Translations under genes and position numbers: made by a program | From: an uncultured Acidobacteriota bacterium | GTDB taxonomy: Bacteria; Acidobacteriota; Thermoanaerobaculia; Multivoradales; JBCCEF01 | Assembly (NCBI GenBank): GCA_963843275.1 | Contig: CAWJJM010000004.1 | Location: 502,237 to 566,236 of the forward strand | Direction of reading: 5' to 3' | DNA length: 64,000 bases | Notes under the pieces: model-generated | Told to the model about the DNA's origin: nothing | The model's input: the letters and a program-made list of their open reading frames with translations, nothing else | Databases searched by the model: none | Part shown: positions 19,333 through 28,279 of the stretch, piece after piece | How positions within the stretch are numbered: the first letter of the stretch is position 1 | Layout of the letters: each line of letters opens with the position of its first letter

Positions 19333-21120
19333 CTAGGTCCGCCGGGGGCCGTCCCCGTCCCCGGCGACGAGCGACCGGCGCAGCTTGCGGCAGTCCTCGG
19401 CGAGCAGCGGCACCCCCGCCGCCGCGAAGACGCCCTCCGCCGCGGAGATCTCGAGCTCGGCGGCGTCGCCGTCCCCTTCGGCCGCCAGGGCGGCGGCGAG
19501 GCGTAGGCGCACCGCGGCCATCTGGCAGGGCGCGGGGACCTCCGACCAGGCGCGCAGAGCGTCCCGGAAGGCGGCCACGGCCTCGCCGCAGCGCCCCCGC
19601 GCCAGCGCCAGCTCGCCGCGGGCGCGGGCCACCACGGCCGCGGCGCCGTGGGTGGACCACAGCTCGGGGTGCCGGTCGAGCTCTTCCATCGCCTCGCCGG
19701 CGATCTCGATCTCGCCGGCCGCGGCGGCCACCCAGACGAGGTGGGCCAGGAGCAGGCCCCGGCGCTGGCGGCCGGTCCAGCTGGTGTCGTCGACGGCACG
19801 CTGCAGGCCGCGGACCGCGGAGTCCGCGCGGCCACGGGCGACCTGCAGCAGGGCGTACCCGGGGTTCGGGTCCCAGCCCAGGCCGTGGGCCCGCCGGAAG
19901 GCCTCCTCGGCGCCGTCGAGGTCGGCCCGGGCGAGCCGGATCTCCCCCAGGACCCGCCAAGCGTCGCCTTCGGCGTACGGCAGGCCGCGCGCGATCAGCT
20001 CGCGCGCCTGCTCCGCTTCGCGCTCGGCCTCGTCGAGCTCGCCCTGGAGGGAGAGCACCTCGGCGCGGTGGAGCTGGCACAGCCCGGGGTATCCGGAGAC
20101 GGGGTGGGCGGAGCTCCAGCGGGTGAACTGGCCCGACCACTCCGCCGCGCGCCGCCAGTCGCCCCGGTTCAGGCAGCTCCAGATCAGGCCGCAGAAGACC
20201 ACCCCGCCCTCCCACGAGCCGACGTCCCCGGACAGCACCGCCGCGGCCGCCTCGTCGATCCGGGCCAGGCCCGCCTCGACCTCGCCGAGGGTGGTCATCG
20301 CGATGCCGGTGTAGAGCAGGCCCAGCGCCTCGAGGTCGGGGTCGTCCAGCCGCCGCGCGATCTGCAGCGCCTCCTCGGCATTCGCGTGCGCCTTCTCGTT
20401 GTCCTTGCCGAACAGCGCGTACCGCGCCGTGAGCCAGCGCTCCAGACCGTGCTCGCGGCAGGGTGCGAGGCCCTCGAGGAAACGGCGGGCCCGGCGGAGC
20501 CAGCCGCCGGCGACCGCCAGCTCGCGGCTCTCGAGCTGGAGGCTCACCACCCGGAGCGCCGCCCGGGCCGCGCCGAGCGCGTCGCCGGCGGCCGCGTGGG
20601 CGGCCACGGCGCGCTGCAGCGGCAGGACCGCCGGGCGCGGCTCCCCCCGGTACTCCGCCGCCTGGCCCCAGCGCTCCAGGTCGGCGGCGGTGAGCGCGCC
20701 GGCCGCGTCCGCCACCTGGGAGGCCGCCACCACGGCGTCCCAGTCCTCCCGCGCGAACGCGGCCCGCGCCCGCAGCACCGCCGCGTCCTCCTCCCCGGGG
20801 ATCTCCGACTCCCCCTCCTCGACGGCAGCGCAGAAGCGGTACCCCTGGCGCGGATAGGTGCGGATGGCGTCGGGGGCGTTCTCGCGGAGCGCGGACCGGG
20901 CCAGGCTCACCGCCCGTTGCACCGCGCCGTCGGCGATGAAGGCGCCCTCCCACACGGCCTCGATCAGCTCGTCCTTGGAGACCACCTTCTCCCGCTGGCG
21001 GATCAGGTAGACGAGCAGGTCGAACACCCGCGGCTGGAGCAAGAGCTCCCGTTCGCGCTGGCGCAGCCGCCGCCGCGCCTCGTCGAGCTCGTAGCCGGCG
21101 AACCGGAAGACCGGGGACAC
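19333..21120 (-). CDS. Transcriptional regulator: N-terminal OmpR/CadC-type winged helix plus TPR-like sensor domain
   Basis: FRFAGYELDEARRRL...LQPRVFDLLVYLIRQREKVVSKDELIEAVW...AIRTYPRQGYRF; helical repeats downstream; GTG 21120 preceded by TAAGCT -10 box. Confidence 0.88.
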   Translation of the reverse strand: MSPVFRFAGYELDEARRRLRQRERELLLQPRVFDLLVYLIRQREKVVSKDELIEAVWEGAFIADGAVQRAVSLARSALRENAPDAIRTYPRQGYRFCAAVEEGESEIPGEEDAAVLRARAAFAREDWDAVVAASQVADAAGALTAADLERWGQAAEYRGEPRPAVLPLQRAVAAHAAAGDALGAARAALRVVSLQLESRELAVAGGWLRRARRFLEGLAPCREHGLERWLTARYALFGKDNEKAHANAEEALQIARRLDDPDLEALGLLYTGIAMTTLGEVEAGLARIDEAAAAVLSGDVGSWEGGVVFCGLIWSCLNRGDWRRAAEWSGQFTRWSSAHPVSGYPGLCQLHRAEVLSLQGELDEAEREAEQARELIARGLPYAEGDAWRVLGEIRLARADLDGAEEAFRRAHGLGWDPNPGYALLQVARGRADSAVRGLQRAVDDTSWTGRQRRGLLLAHLVWVAAAAGEIEIAGEAMEELDRHPELWSTHGAAAVVARARGELALARGRCGEAVAAFRDALRAWSEVPAPCQMAAVRLRLAAALAAEGDGDAAELEISAAEGVFAAAGVPLLAEDCRKLRRSLVAGDGDGPRRT

Positions 21121-21133
21121 TCCACGGAGCTTA

Positions 21134-21170
21134 TCCGCAACGGGTAAGGAAGCGGTCAGACCGCGATCAG
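21134..21170 (+). promoter_or_regulatory. 11-bp-period direct repeats, candidate wHTH binding site
   Basis: TCCG (21134), TAAG (21145), TCAG (21156), TCAG (21167) spaced exactly 11 nt in the divergent intergenic region. Confidence 0.45.
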
Positions 21171-21265
21171 GACGCGCCCCGCCGGCGCCCCCTACGCTGC
21201 CTCCCATCGAAACGCGGGCGGCCGACGCCGCTCGTTCCGAACGACGAAGTGAAAGGAGAACGACC

Positions 21266-21556
21266 ATGAAGACCTACGTGATCCTGCGGCGCGAGGGATG
21301 GGGCGACGCCGGCGAGCTCGAGAAGGCGGCCGGCGTGTCGAGCCGCGTCGGGCTCGAGGAGATGCCCGACCAGGTGCGGTGGATCCGCTCCTACGTGGTG
21401 CGGGAGCAGGACAGCAGGCTGGGGACGGTCTGCGTCTACCAGGGGGTCGACGAGGAGTCGATCCGCGAGCACGCCCGGCGGGCCGGACTGCCCGCAGACG
21501 AGGTGATCGAGGTGGCCGACACGGTGGTCCTCGCCGAGGATCCGGCGGCCGCCTGA
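21266..21556 (+). CDS. DUF4242-family protein
   Basis: AAGGAG RBS; VRWIRSYVV...TVCVYQG.DEESIREHARRAGLPADEVIEV. Confidence 0.85.
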   Translation: MKTYVILRREGWGDAGELEKAAGVSSRVGLEEMPDQVRWIRSYVVREQDSRLGTVCVYQGVDEESIREHARRAGLPADEVIEVADTVVLAEDPAAA

Positions 21557-21588
21557 GCACGGAACACGACCCAGAGGAGAACGAGACC

Positions 21589-21984
21589 ATGAAGAACCAG
21601 ATCGAGGCCCACGAGACGTCCGTCCCGCGCCGCCGCTGGATCCGGCTCGCGCTCGCCACCTTCGCCGGCCTGGCGGTCGCCACGCTGCTGCTGCCCTACG
21701 CGCTGCACGCCGACCACCCGGCCGCCGGCACCCACCTCTATCTCGACGTCCACCGGCTCGGCGCCGGCAACGTCACCGCCGCGGCCGTCGCCGAGGCCCA
21801 CGAGAAGGACCTCGCGATCGAAGGCGAGCTCGGCGTCGACTACCAGAAGTACTGGGTCGACGAGGCGTCCGGCCGGGTGTTCTGCCTGGTCCGTGCGCCC
21901 AGCGCCGAGGCGGCGGCCGAGGTGCACCGCCGCGCCCACGGCCTGGTCGCCGACGAGATCCATGAGGTCCAGGCGGGGCAGTGA
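21589..21984 (+). CDS. DUF4242/SCO4226-like (nickel-binding family) protein with N-terminal export or TM segment
   Basis: GAGGAG RBS; PRRRWIRLALATFAGLAVATLLLPYALHA leader; YLDVH, VAEAHEKDL, YWVDEASGRVFCLVRAPSAEAAAEVHRRAHGLVADEIHEV. Confidence 0.85.
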   Translation: MKNQIEAHETSVPRRRWIRLALATFAGLAVATLLLPYALHADHPAAGTHLYLDVHRLGAGNVTAAAVAEAHEKDLAIEGELGVDYQKYWVDEASGRVFCLVRAPSAEAAAEVHRRAHGLVADEIHEVQAGQ

Positions 21985-22080
21985 GCCGTGGCGCTTCGGG
22001 GCCCGGGGCGTCACCGAGGCGCCCCGGGCCTCGTTCTATCCTCGGCCCTGGAAACCACCTTCGAGACAAAGGAGGCGAGG

Positions 22081-22599
22081 ATGCCGCGCCAGCTCCGACC
22101 GCTCACCCTGTTGCCCCTGCTCCTCCTGCCGCTCACCGGCCTCGCCGCCTGCGCCAGGGACGACGCCGCGCCCAGCGGGTCCGCGCAGCCCTCCGCCGCC
22201 GCGCCCGCGGATGCGGCGCCGCTGCCGGCGCCGGCCGCCGAGGCGTCCGATCCCTGCAGCCTGCTGACCGCCGAGAAAATCCGGGAGGCGACCGGGGTCG
22301 CCCCGGCGGCCGGGCAGGCGGGCTCCGGTGTGTGCACCTGGGCCGCGGCGGACGGCTCGAACCCGCGCCTCGCCAACCTGGTCCTGCAGCACGGAGCCGT
22401 GACACGCCGGCAGTGGTTGAGCGGCGGCGGCTCCGAGAGGGACATCGTCCCCGGAGTCGGCGACGTCGCGGTCCGCGTCGGGTCGCAGCTCCAGGCCTAC
22501 CGTGGGGGCTGGCTGGTCGGGGTCACGGTGAAGGGCGTCGACCGCCGCGGGGCCGCCGTCGAGCTGGCCCGCGCCGCCCCGGCCCGGCTCGGCGGCTGA
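22081..22599 (+). CDS. Lipoprotein (DUF3558-like, by inference)
   Basis: AAGGAGG RBS; lipobox LAA-C; Pro/Ala linker; DPCSLLT..I..A.G...VCTW...VPGVGDVA. Confidence 0.7.
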   Translation: MPRQLRPLTLLPLLLLPLTGLAACARDDAAPSGSAQPSAAAPADAAPLPAPAAEASDPCSLLTAEKIREATGVAPAAGQAGSGVCTWAAADGSNPRLANLVLQHGAVTRRQWLSGGGSERDIVPGVGDVAVRVGSQLQAYRGGWLVGVTVKGVDRRGAAVELARAAPARLGG

Positions 22600-22751
22600 C
22601 GCCGCTCGGCAGGAGGGCGCAGAGCTCGGGTCGCCCGTCCGCGGCGATCCGCGCGGCTCGCATCGACCGCCCGGCGTCGCGGCCTTCGCGATCCACCTTC
22701 CGCGACCGCCCTCCTCCTCTCGGGGGAGCAGGGCCGTATCATCGCGGCTCG

Positions 22752-24293
22752 ATGATGCCGCGACGTCTCCGGCCGGGCCGCACCCGGGCCGCCCTCCTCC
22801 TGGCGCCGCTCCTCGCCGCGGCGCTGCTGCCGGGCGGAGCCGCCCGCGCCGCGACGCAGCTCGTCCGCGGTCCCTACCTGCAGCGCGCCGCCGCCGATCG
22901 CATCGTCGTCCGCTGGCGCACCGACGTCGTCACCGGCGGGATCGTGCGCTTCGGGCCGGCGCCGGACCAGCTCGACCAGAGCCAGGACGAGATCGGCGCC
23001 GGGACGGAGCACCAGGTCGAGCTCGGCGGGCTGGCGTCCGACACGCGCTACTTCTACTCCGTCGGCACCGGGGACGAGACCCTGGCGGGAGGCGACGCGG
23101 GGCACAGCTTCCGCACCGCGCCGCCCGCCGGCGAGAGCCACGCGACGCGGATCTGGGTGCTCGGCGACTCGGGCACCGGGGGCGCCGGCGCGCGGGCGGT
23201 GCGCGACGGCTTTTTGGCCTTCTCTGACGGCCGCCTCCCCGACCTCTGGCTGATGCTCGGCGACAACGCCTACGTCGACGGCACCGACGCCGAGTACCAG
23301 CAGGCGGTCTTCGACGTCTACCCGGCGGTGCTGATGGGCGCCGCACTGTGGCCGACGTTCGGCAACCACGACGCCCACAGCGCCGACTCCGCCACCGAGA
23401 GCGGGCCGTACTTCGACGTCTTCACCCTGCCCCGCGACGGCGAGGCCGGCGGCCTGCCGTCGGGCACCGAGGCCTACTACTCGTTCGATCGGGCCAACGT
23501 CCACCTCGTCTGCATCGACTCGGCCGAGGGCGACCTCGCCCCGGACGGTCCGATGCTCACCTGGCTCGCCGCCGACCTCGCCGCCGCCCGGGGCGACTGG
23601 ATCGTCGCCTACTGGCACCATCCGCCCTACAGCAAGGGGTCGCACGACTCCGACGCCTCGGCCGACCTCACCGCGATCCGTGAGAGCCTGCTGCCGATCC
23701 TCGAAGACTACGGTGCCGACCTCGTCCTCGCCGGCCACAGCCACTCCTACGAGCGGTCGATCCTCCTCGACGGGCACTACGGCACCTCGGACACCTACGA
23801 TCCCGCCCAGCACGCACTCGACGCCGGCGACGGCCGCAGCTTCTCCGACGGCCCGTACGTCAAGCCCGCCGGGACCTCGAGCCACACGGGCACCGTCTAC
23901 ACCGTGGCCGGCAGCGCCGCCCGCGTCGGCGGCGGCACCCTCGACCACCCGGTGATGGAAGTCTCCCTCGCCACCCTCGGCTCCCTGGTCCTCGACGTCC
24001 AGGGCAAGGTCCTGGAGGGGCGCTTCGTCGACACCGGCGGCCACGTCCTCGACACCTTCACCCTCGCCAAGTGCCCCGATCCGGACCTGGTGGTGAGCGA
24101 GGTGACGGTCGACGGGGTGCGGGAGGAGGAGCGGTGCGACGCCATCGCGGCGGGGCCCGGCGTGGTGGTCGAGGCCGGCGGTCGGCTGGTGCTGCGGGCG
24201 GGGAGGCGGGTGGTGCTGCGGGACGGGTTCTCGGTGGCGGCGGCCGGGAGGTTGGACGTCGTGGTGGATCCGGGGTTGGCGGACCCGGATTGA
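22752..24293 (+). CDS. Secreted purple-acid-phosphatase-like metallophosphoesterase with Fn3-like N-domain and an extra C-terminal module
   Basis: Signal peptide; RGPYLQ; GDSG, GDNAY, GNHD, WHHPPY, GHSHSYER motifs. Confidence 0.9.
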   Translation: MMPRRLRPGRTRAALLLAPLLAAALLPGGAARAATQLVRGPYLQRAAADRIVVRWRTDVVTGGIVRFGPAPDQLDQSQDEIGAGTEHQVELGGLASDTRYFYSVGTGDETLAGGDAGHSFRTAPPAGESHATRIWVLGDSGTGGAGARAVRDGFLAFSDGRLPDLWLMLGDNAYVDGTDAEYQQAVFDVYPAVLMGAALWPTFGNHDAHSADSATESGPYFDVFTLPRDGEAGGLPSGTEAYYSFDRANVHLVCIDSAEGDLAPDGPMLTWLAADLAAARGDWIVAYWHHPPYSKGSHDSDASADLTAIRESLLPILEDYGADLVLAGHSHSYERSILLDGHYGTSDTYDPAQHALDAGDGRSFSDGPYVKPAGTSSHTGTVYTVAGSAARVGGGTLDHPVMEVSLATLGSLVLDVQGKVLEGRFVDTGGHVLDTFTLAKCPDPDLVVSEVTVDGVREEERCDAIAAGPGVVVEAGGRLVLRAGRRVVLRDGFSVAAAGRLDVVVDPGLADPD

Positions 24294-24533
24294 CGCTTCG
24301 CGTCGAGGGCGCCGTCCCCTCCCCCGGATCTCCGGGATCGGCGACCTGCGGGGCGACGTCACCAGCGAGCCGGCGCGCCGGAGGCTCCCGCCCGACACCG
24401 CCCGCGCCGCCGGTCCTGCCTCGCCCGGCCGGCCACCGTGCCACCCGCCGCGGGCGGCCCTTCCCCGGCGTCTTCGCCCCGGCTGCGTATCATGTCGGGG
24501 CGCCGCCCGTTCGCCAGGAGAGGAGGGTTCGCC

Positions 24534-25034
24534 GTGTCGGAACGACCGTCGATTCCCGTCGCCGTCGCCGTCGCCTTGACCCTCGCGGTCAGCTCGACCG
24601 CCGCGGGGCCGGAGGCGCAGCGCGTGCTCGAGGTCCAGGGCAGCTACGAGCCCTCCGGCCCGCCCCACCCGGAGCGTCGTCCGGTGGGCGATCTCTGCGT
24701 CGTCGACCTGGAACAGTCCTATCGGGTCGACGGGAGCCTGAGCGGAACGATGACCGTCGACTACCGGATCTTCGTCGCCGGACCGTGCGGATCTCCTCCG
24801 GGCACCTTCGACGAGCACTGGATCGCGATCGGACGCTACGACCTGGAGTGCCCCGGGGGAACCGGACCTGCCACCGGCGACCTCGTCGACGTCGCCGAGG
24901 TCTCCGCCGGCGGCCACGTCGCCGGGAAGATCACCCTGGCGGGCGACCTTCGAGGCTCTCTTCGGATCGACGGCAACTTCCGCGAGGGCTCGATCCACTA
25001 CGCCGGCTCCATCGCACCGCCCGCGAAGGACTGA
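24534..25034 (+). CDS. Secreted hypothetical beta-strand-rich protein
   Basis: AGGAGG RBS before GTG; signal peptide (VAVAVALTLAVSSTAA); alternating beta pattern; 3 Cys. Confidence 0.6.
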   Translation: MSERPSIPVAVAVALTLAVSSTAAGPEAQRVLEVQGSYEPSGPPHPERRPVGDLCVVDLEQSYRVDGSLSGTMTVDYRIFVAGPCGSPPGTFDEHWIAIGRYDLECPGGTGPATGDLVDVAEVSAGGHVAGKITLAGDLRGSLRIDGNFREGSIHYAGSIAPPAKD

Positions 25035-25095
25035 CCGGCGGGTGCCGGCCCGCGGCCCCGCCCCGGGGCCGCCGGTCGCGCTAGCATCGCCGTCG

Positions 25096-26037
25096 GTGCC
25101 CGAAGCCGCCCCGCCCCCCGCCGCCGTCCGCTGCGCCGGCCTCGTCAAGCGCTACCGCGACGTGGTGGCGGTGGACGGCCTCGACCTCGAGGTCGCCGCC
25201 GGTGAGTGCTTCGGCCTGCTGGGGCCCAACGGCGCCGGCAAGACCACCACCGTCGAGATCCTCGAGGGGCTGCTGCCCGCCGACGCCGGCACGGTGGAGG
25301 TGCTGGGACGGGCGTGGGGCGGCGGCGACGACCGGGCGCTGCGCGAGCGGCTCGGCATCCAGCTCCAGGAGACGCGGCTGCCCGACAAGCTCACCGTCCG
25401 CGAGGTGGTGCGCATCTTCCGCAGCTTCCACCACGCCGGCCGGCCGGTGGACGCGACCCTGGCCACGGTCGAGCTGGAAGCCAAGGCCGAAACACGGGTG
25501 GAGCGGCTGTCGGGCGGTCAGCGGCAACGCCTGGCGCTGGCCTGCGCCCTGGTCGGGGACCCCGAGGTCCTGTTCCTCGACGAGCCCACCACCGGCCTCG
25601 ACCCGCAGGCGCGGCTCAAGCTCTGGGAGCTGGTCGAGGGCTTCACCGCGGGCGGCGGCACGGTGGTTCTGACCACCCACTACATGGAGGAGGCGGCCCG
25701 GCTGTGCGACCGGGTGGCGATCCTCGACCAGGGCCGGCGCATCGCGCTGGGCACCCCCGCCCAGCTCGTGGCGTCGCTCGGCGCCGACCAGATCGTCGAG
25801 TTCCGCACCGCCGGTCCGGTGAGCGAGGAGCGGCTCCGCACCCTGCCCGGCGTCCGCCACGTGACGCTGCGCGATGGCGCCTGCACCCTCGCCGTGGGGC
25901 GGGTCGAGGAGTCGCTGCCGGCGTTGCTCGAGGAGCTCGGCCGGCAGGGCCTCGCGCTCGCGGCCCTGGCCACCCACGCGGCGACCCTCGAGGACGTCTT
26001 CGTCGAGCTGACCGGACGGGGCCTGCGCGATGACTGA
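25096..26037 (+). CDS. ABC-2 type transporter ATP-binding protein
   Basis: GPNGAGKTT, LSGGQRQ, LFLDEPTTGLD, TTHYMEEA. Confidence 0.95.
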   Translation: MPEAAPPPAAVRCAGLVKRYRDVVAVDGLDLEVAAGECFGLLGPNGAGKTTTVEILEGLLPADAGTVEVLGRAWGGGDDRALRERLGIQLQETRLPDKLTVREVVRIFRSFHHAGRPVDATLATVELEAKAETRVERLSGGQRQRLALACALVGDPEVLFLDEPTTGLDPQARLKLWELVEGFTAGGGTVVLTTHYMEEAARLCDRVAILDQGRRIALGTPAQLVASLGADQIVEFRTAGPVSEERLRTLPGVRHVTLRDGACTLAVGRVEESLPALLEELGRQGLALAALATHAATLEDVFVELTGRGLRDD

Positions 26038-27103
26038 GACCCGCTGGCCGCTGGCCGAGCTGACCCGCGCCCGGCTGCTCGAGTTCGTCCGCGAGCCGGG
26101 CGCCCTGTTCTGGGTCTTCGGCTTCCCCGTGCTGCTCGCCGTGGCGCTGGGGGTGGCCTTCCGCAACCGGCCGCCCGAGGCGCCGCGGGTGGCGGTGGTC
26201 GCGGCGGCCGAGGACGGCGCCTGGCTGCGCGACACCCTGGCGGCCGCGGGGGGCCTCGACCCGGTGGCCCTGTCGCGCGCCGCGGCCGAGGCGGCGGTGC
26301 GCCGAGGCGACGCCGAGATGGCGGTGCGGCTCGAGGCGGCGCCGCCGGCCGACGGCGCCGCCGGCCGCCCCGTGCTCCACCTGCTCTACGACCCCGACCG
26401 CCCCGGCGTCCGCGCCACCGCCCTGGCGGTCTCCGACGCCGTCGAGCGGGCGCTGGGACGCGAGGACCTCGCGACCGTGCGCCGCCGCGAGGTCGCCGAG
26501 CGCGGGGGACGCTACATCGACTTCCTGCTCCCCGGCCTGATCGGGCTCAACCTGATGGGCAGCAGCATGTGGGGCGTCGGCTTCGCCATCGTCCAGTCGC
26601 GGGTGCGCAAGCTGCTCAAGCGCTTCGCCGCCAGCCCCATGCGGCGCTCCGACTACCTGCTGTCGGTGATGCTGTCGCGCCTCGTCTTCCTGGCCGCCGA
26701 GCTGGCCTTCCTGCTCGCCGCCGGCCGGCTGCTGTTCGGGGTGACGGTGCAGGGCTCCTGGGTGGCGCTTCTCGCCGTCGCCCTGCTCGGCGCCTTCTCC
26801 TTCACCGGGCTGGCGCTGCTGGTGGCGGCGCGGCCCACCTCGGCGGAGGCGGCGTCGGGGTGGATGAACTTCGTCATGCTCCCGATGTGGGTCGTCTCCG
26901 GGAGCTTCTTCTCCTCCAGCCGCTTCCCCGTCTGGCTGCAGCCGGCGATCCGCGCCCTGCCGCTGACCGCGCTCAACGACGCCCTGCGCGCGGTGATGAA
27001 CCGCGGCGAGCCGCTGGCCCTCCACGGGCTGGAGCTGGCGGTGCTCGCCGCCTGGGGCCTCGTCGCCTTCGCCGTCGCGCTGCGCATCTTCCGCTGGCAG
27101 TGA
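26030..27103 (+). CDS. ABC-2 type transporter permease
   Basis: FWVFGFP, RYIDFLLPGLIG, LKRFAASPM, LPLTALNDALRAV; overlaps the ATPase stop. Confidence 0.92.
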   Translation: MTETRWPLAELTRARLLEFVREPGALFWVFGFPVLLAVALGVAFRNRPPEAPRVAVVAAAEDGAWLRDTLAAAGGLDPVALSRAAAEAAVRRGDAEMAVRLEAAPPADGAAGRPVLHLLYDPDRPGVRATALAVSDAVERALGREDLATVRRREVAERGGRYIDFLLPGLIGLNLMGSSMWGVGFAIVQSRVRKLLKRFAASPMRRSDYLLSVMLSRLVFLAAELAFLLAAGRLLFGVTVQGSWVALLAVALLGAFSFTGLALLVAARPTSAEAASGWMNFVMLPMWVVSGSFFSSSRFPVWLQPAIRALPLTALNDALRAVMNRGEPLALHGLELAVLAAWGLVAFAVALRIFRWQ

Positions 27104-27148
27104 GGGCGCGCCGCCCCGGCGCGCTAGCATGGCCCGCGAGGAGGGGTC

Positions 27149-27775
27149 ATGACCGGATCGACCGAGGATCTCTCGACCTTCGTCCGCGACGCCCTGGCGC
27201 GGGACATCCCTCGCGAGCGCATCGCCACCGCGCTGCGCGCGGCCGGTTGGCCGCAGGACAAGGTGGACGAGGCCCTCGCGGCCTACGCCGAGGTCGACTT
27301 TCCGCTCCCCGTGCCACGGCCCCGACCCTACCTGTCGGCCCGCGAGGCGTTCCTCTACCTGCTCCTGTTCACCGCGCTGTTCCTCTCCGCCTTCCACTTC
27401 GGGGCGCTGCTGTTCGAGCTCATCGAGAAGGCCGTGCCCGACCCGGCGGGGCCGTCGTTCTCGGCGACGACCCTGCGCTGGAGCGTCTCCTACTTGCTGG
27501 TCGCCTTCCCCCTCTACCTGCTGCTGACCGTGCACCAGGAGCGCGAGCTGCGGCGCGATCCGGGGAAGCGGGCGTCGAAGGTCCGCAAGTGGCTCACCTA
27601 TCTCACGCTGTTCGTGGCGGCCGGCTTCCTGGTGGGCGACCTCGTGGCCCTGCTCTTCCACCTGCTCGAAGGCGAGCTCAGTCTCCGCTTCGGGCTCAAG
27701 GTCGCGGTGGTGGCGGCGATCGCGGGGACGGCCTTCGGCTACTACCTGGCCGACCTGCGCCGGGAGGAGCGGTGA
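27149..27775 (+). CDS. DUF5671-like membrane protein
   Basis: FVRDALAR...I..AL..AGW..D.V..AL...; PVPRPRPYLSAREAFLYLLLF; VRKWLTYLTLFVA; 4 TM segments. Confidence 0.8.
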   Translation: MTGSTEDLSTFVRDALARDIPRERIATALRAAGWPQDKVDEALAAYAEVDFPLPVPRPRPYLSAREAFLYLLLFTALFLSAFHFGALLFELIEKAVPDPAGPSFSATTLRWSVSYLLVAFPLYLLLTVHQERELRRDPGKRASKVRKWLTYLTLFVAAGFLVGDLVALLFHLLEGELSLRFGLKVAVVAAIAGTAFGYYLADLRREER

Positions 27776-28212
27776 TCGGCCGCCCGACCGGGCGGGCCCT
27801 GCTGCTCGGGACGGTGGTCACCCTGGTCGCCGCCGCCGTGGGGACGGCGCTGCTGCTCGTCGACTCGCCCGCCCGGGAGCGCCAGCACCGCCTCGACGAG
27901 CGGCGCGTCGAGGACCTGCAGACGATCGCCGCGGCGGTCGACGCCTACTGGAGCCGCGAGGGCGAGCTGCCGCCGGACCTCGACGCGCTCGCCGGCTGGC
28001 AGGGGCTCGAGGCGCCGCCGCGCGACCCGGCCACCGACTCGCCCTTCCGCTACCGGCCCGGGGGCGGTGGCGCCTACGAGCTGTGCGCCACCTTCGTCAC
28101 CGACTCCCCCGGCACCCCTTCGCGTTGGCCACGCCGCGAGCCGGCCGGTTTCTGGCACCACCCGGCCGGCGACCACTGCTTCGCGCTGACCGCCCGGAAG
28201 CTCGCGGACTGA
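27772..28212 (+). CDS. Single-TM protein with pseudopilin (GspG)-like globular domain
   Basis: GTGA overlap with the upstream gene; TM then RLDERRVEDLQTIAAAVDAY...GELPPDLDAL...PRDPATDSPFRY...YELCATF. Confidence 0.7.
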   Translation: MIGRPTGRALLLGTVVTLVAAAVGTALLLVDSPARERQHRLDERRVEDLQTIAAAVDAYWSREGELPPDLDALAGWQGLEAPPRDPATDSPFRYRPGGGGAYELCATFVTDSPGTPSRWPRREPAGFWHHPAGDHCFALTARKLAD

Positions 28213-28241
28213 GCGGCGCCGCCGCGGAACGCCGCCCCCCC

Positions 28242-28273
28242 TTGACCCCCGAACCGGTTCCGGGGTTTATCCT
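28242..28273 (+). promoter_or_regulatory. MerR-type promoter with long spacer and dyad operator
   Basis: TTGACC-20 nt-TATCCT; spacer dyad CCCCG-AACCGGTT-CCGGGG; ATG 6 nt after the -10 box. Confidence 0.8.
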
Positions 28274-28279
28274 CCGCCG

